62,035 bases of DNA from positions 1 to 62,035 of the forward strand of contig JBBRSB010000031.1 of assembly GCA_038245785.1 (NCBI GenBank), written 5' to 3'. The notes below the pieces were generated by a model. It saw nothing but the letters and a program-made list of their open reading frames with translations. It did no database searches and was not told the origin of the DNA. This document shows, piece after piece, positions 61,629 to 62,035 of the stretch (positions are counted from its first letter, which is position 1; each line of letters opens with the position of its first letter). The DNA comes from Gloeobacterales cyanobacterium. Its GTDB lineage: Bacteria > Cyanobacteriota > Cyanobacteriia > Gloeobacterales > PMM-0068. Position numbers and translations under genes: made by a program.

Positions 61629-62035
61629 ACAATTACCCCCGCGAAGTCTAGTTCAACTAATCGTCCCTGCTCTTTCATCGATTTTGTAGCAGCTTCTAGA
61701 ATTTTCACTACCCGCAGTCCAGCTTCCCCGTCTGTTACTGGACGTTCGCTCTGTTCAATGCACTGAAGGAAATGCAATCCTTCCGTTCGTAGTGCTTCCG
61801 TCATCTCCAACTTCGGTGCCCACATGTCACCAGTACGGTACCCAATGAGCATTTCGTAGACTTTTTCGGTATCCCCATTGACCGTAATCCCTTTGTCATA
61901 AATTTTCACTTTTTCACTGACTTCCAAGTCGTCATACACAATCATCTTCTGACTGCCACTGATCAGGGTGCGACGTACTTTTACAGGTGCCAGCCAGTTA
62001 GCATGAAGGTGAGCAATCAAGTTGCTATCAAAAAA
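61625..62035 (-). CDS. Gfo/Idh/MocA oxidoreductase, C-terminal part (runs off window)
   Basis: HANWLAPVKVR, MIVYDD, TDGEAGLRVV. Confidence 0.85.
   Translation of the reverse strand, partial: FFDSNLIAHLHANWLAPVKVRRTLISGSQKMIVYDDLEVSEKVKIYDKGITVNGDTEKVYEMLIGYRTGDMWAPKLEMTEALRTEGLHFLQCIEQSERPVTDGEAGLRVVKILEAATKSMKEQGRLVELDFAGVIV

Noticed and set aside
1..62035. CRISPR array, cas genes, tRNA or rRNA
   Set aside because: No regularly spaced repeats or RNA gene structures seen; the 21-25-nt repeats are irregular, in both orientations and inside transposase genes.

Overview
Cyanobacterial chromosomal window (ycf4, hisB, purA, cysteine synthase, ggt in the centre) with three parts. (1) 1-26.6 kb: an accessory, mostly + strand mosaic of detoxification/stress genes (GNATs, VOCs, two near-identical GSTs, DGPF/YciI proteins, LysRs, APH-like kinase, HipA-like kinase + DUF3037). 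It contains tandem ECF41 and ECF42 sigma factors with consensus-matching target promoters, four co-oriented integron attC-like sites, a 117-bp MITE, many gene fragments, and a 3.47-kb HIP1-rich foreign block that splits an FMN reductase gene. (2) 26.7-33.4 kb: housekeeping genes. (3) 34-62 kb: a large minus-strand polysaccharide cluster (GT2/GT4/GT8, O-antigen-ligase-like protein, methyltransferases, amino/formyl-sugar pathway), with a divergent 903-aa secreted DUF4082-linker-CxxCH protein and two dead IS elements (IS200-like, IS256-like). Most notable: seven 21-25-nt micro-elements inserted only in the two IS remnants, the decaying attC cluster, the carbohydrate-binding cytochrome-c-like protein, and the HIP1-rich insertion. 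All calls are by eye from sequence and the ORF track; no database searches were run.
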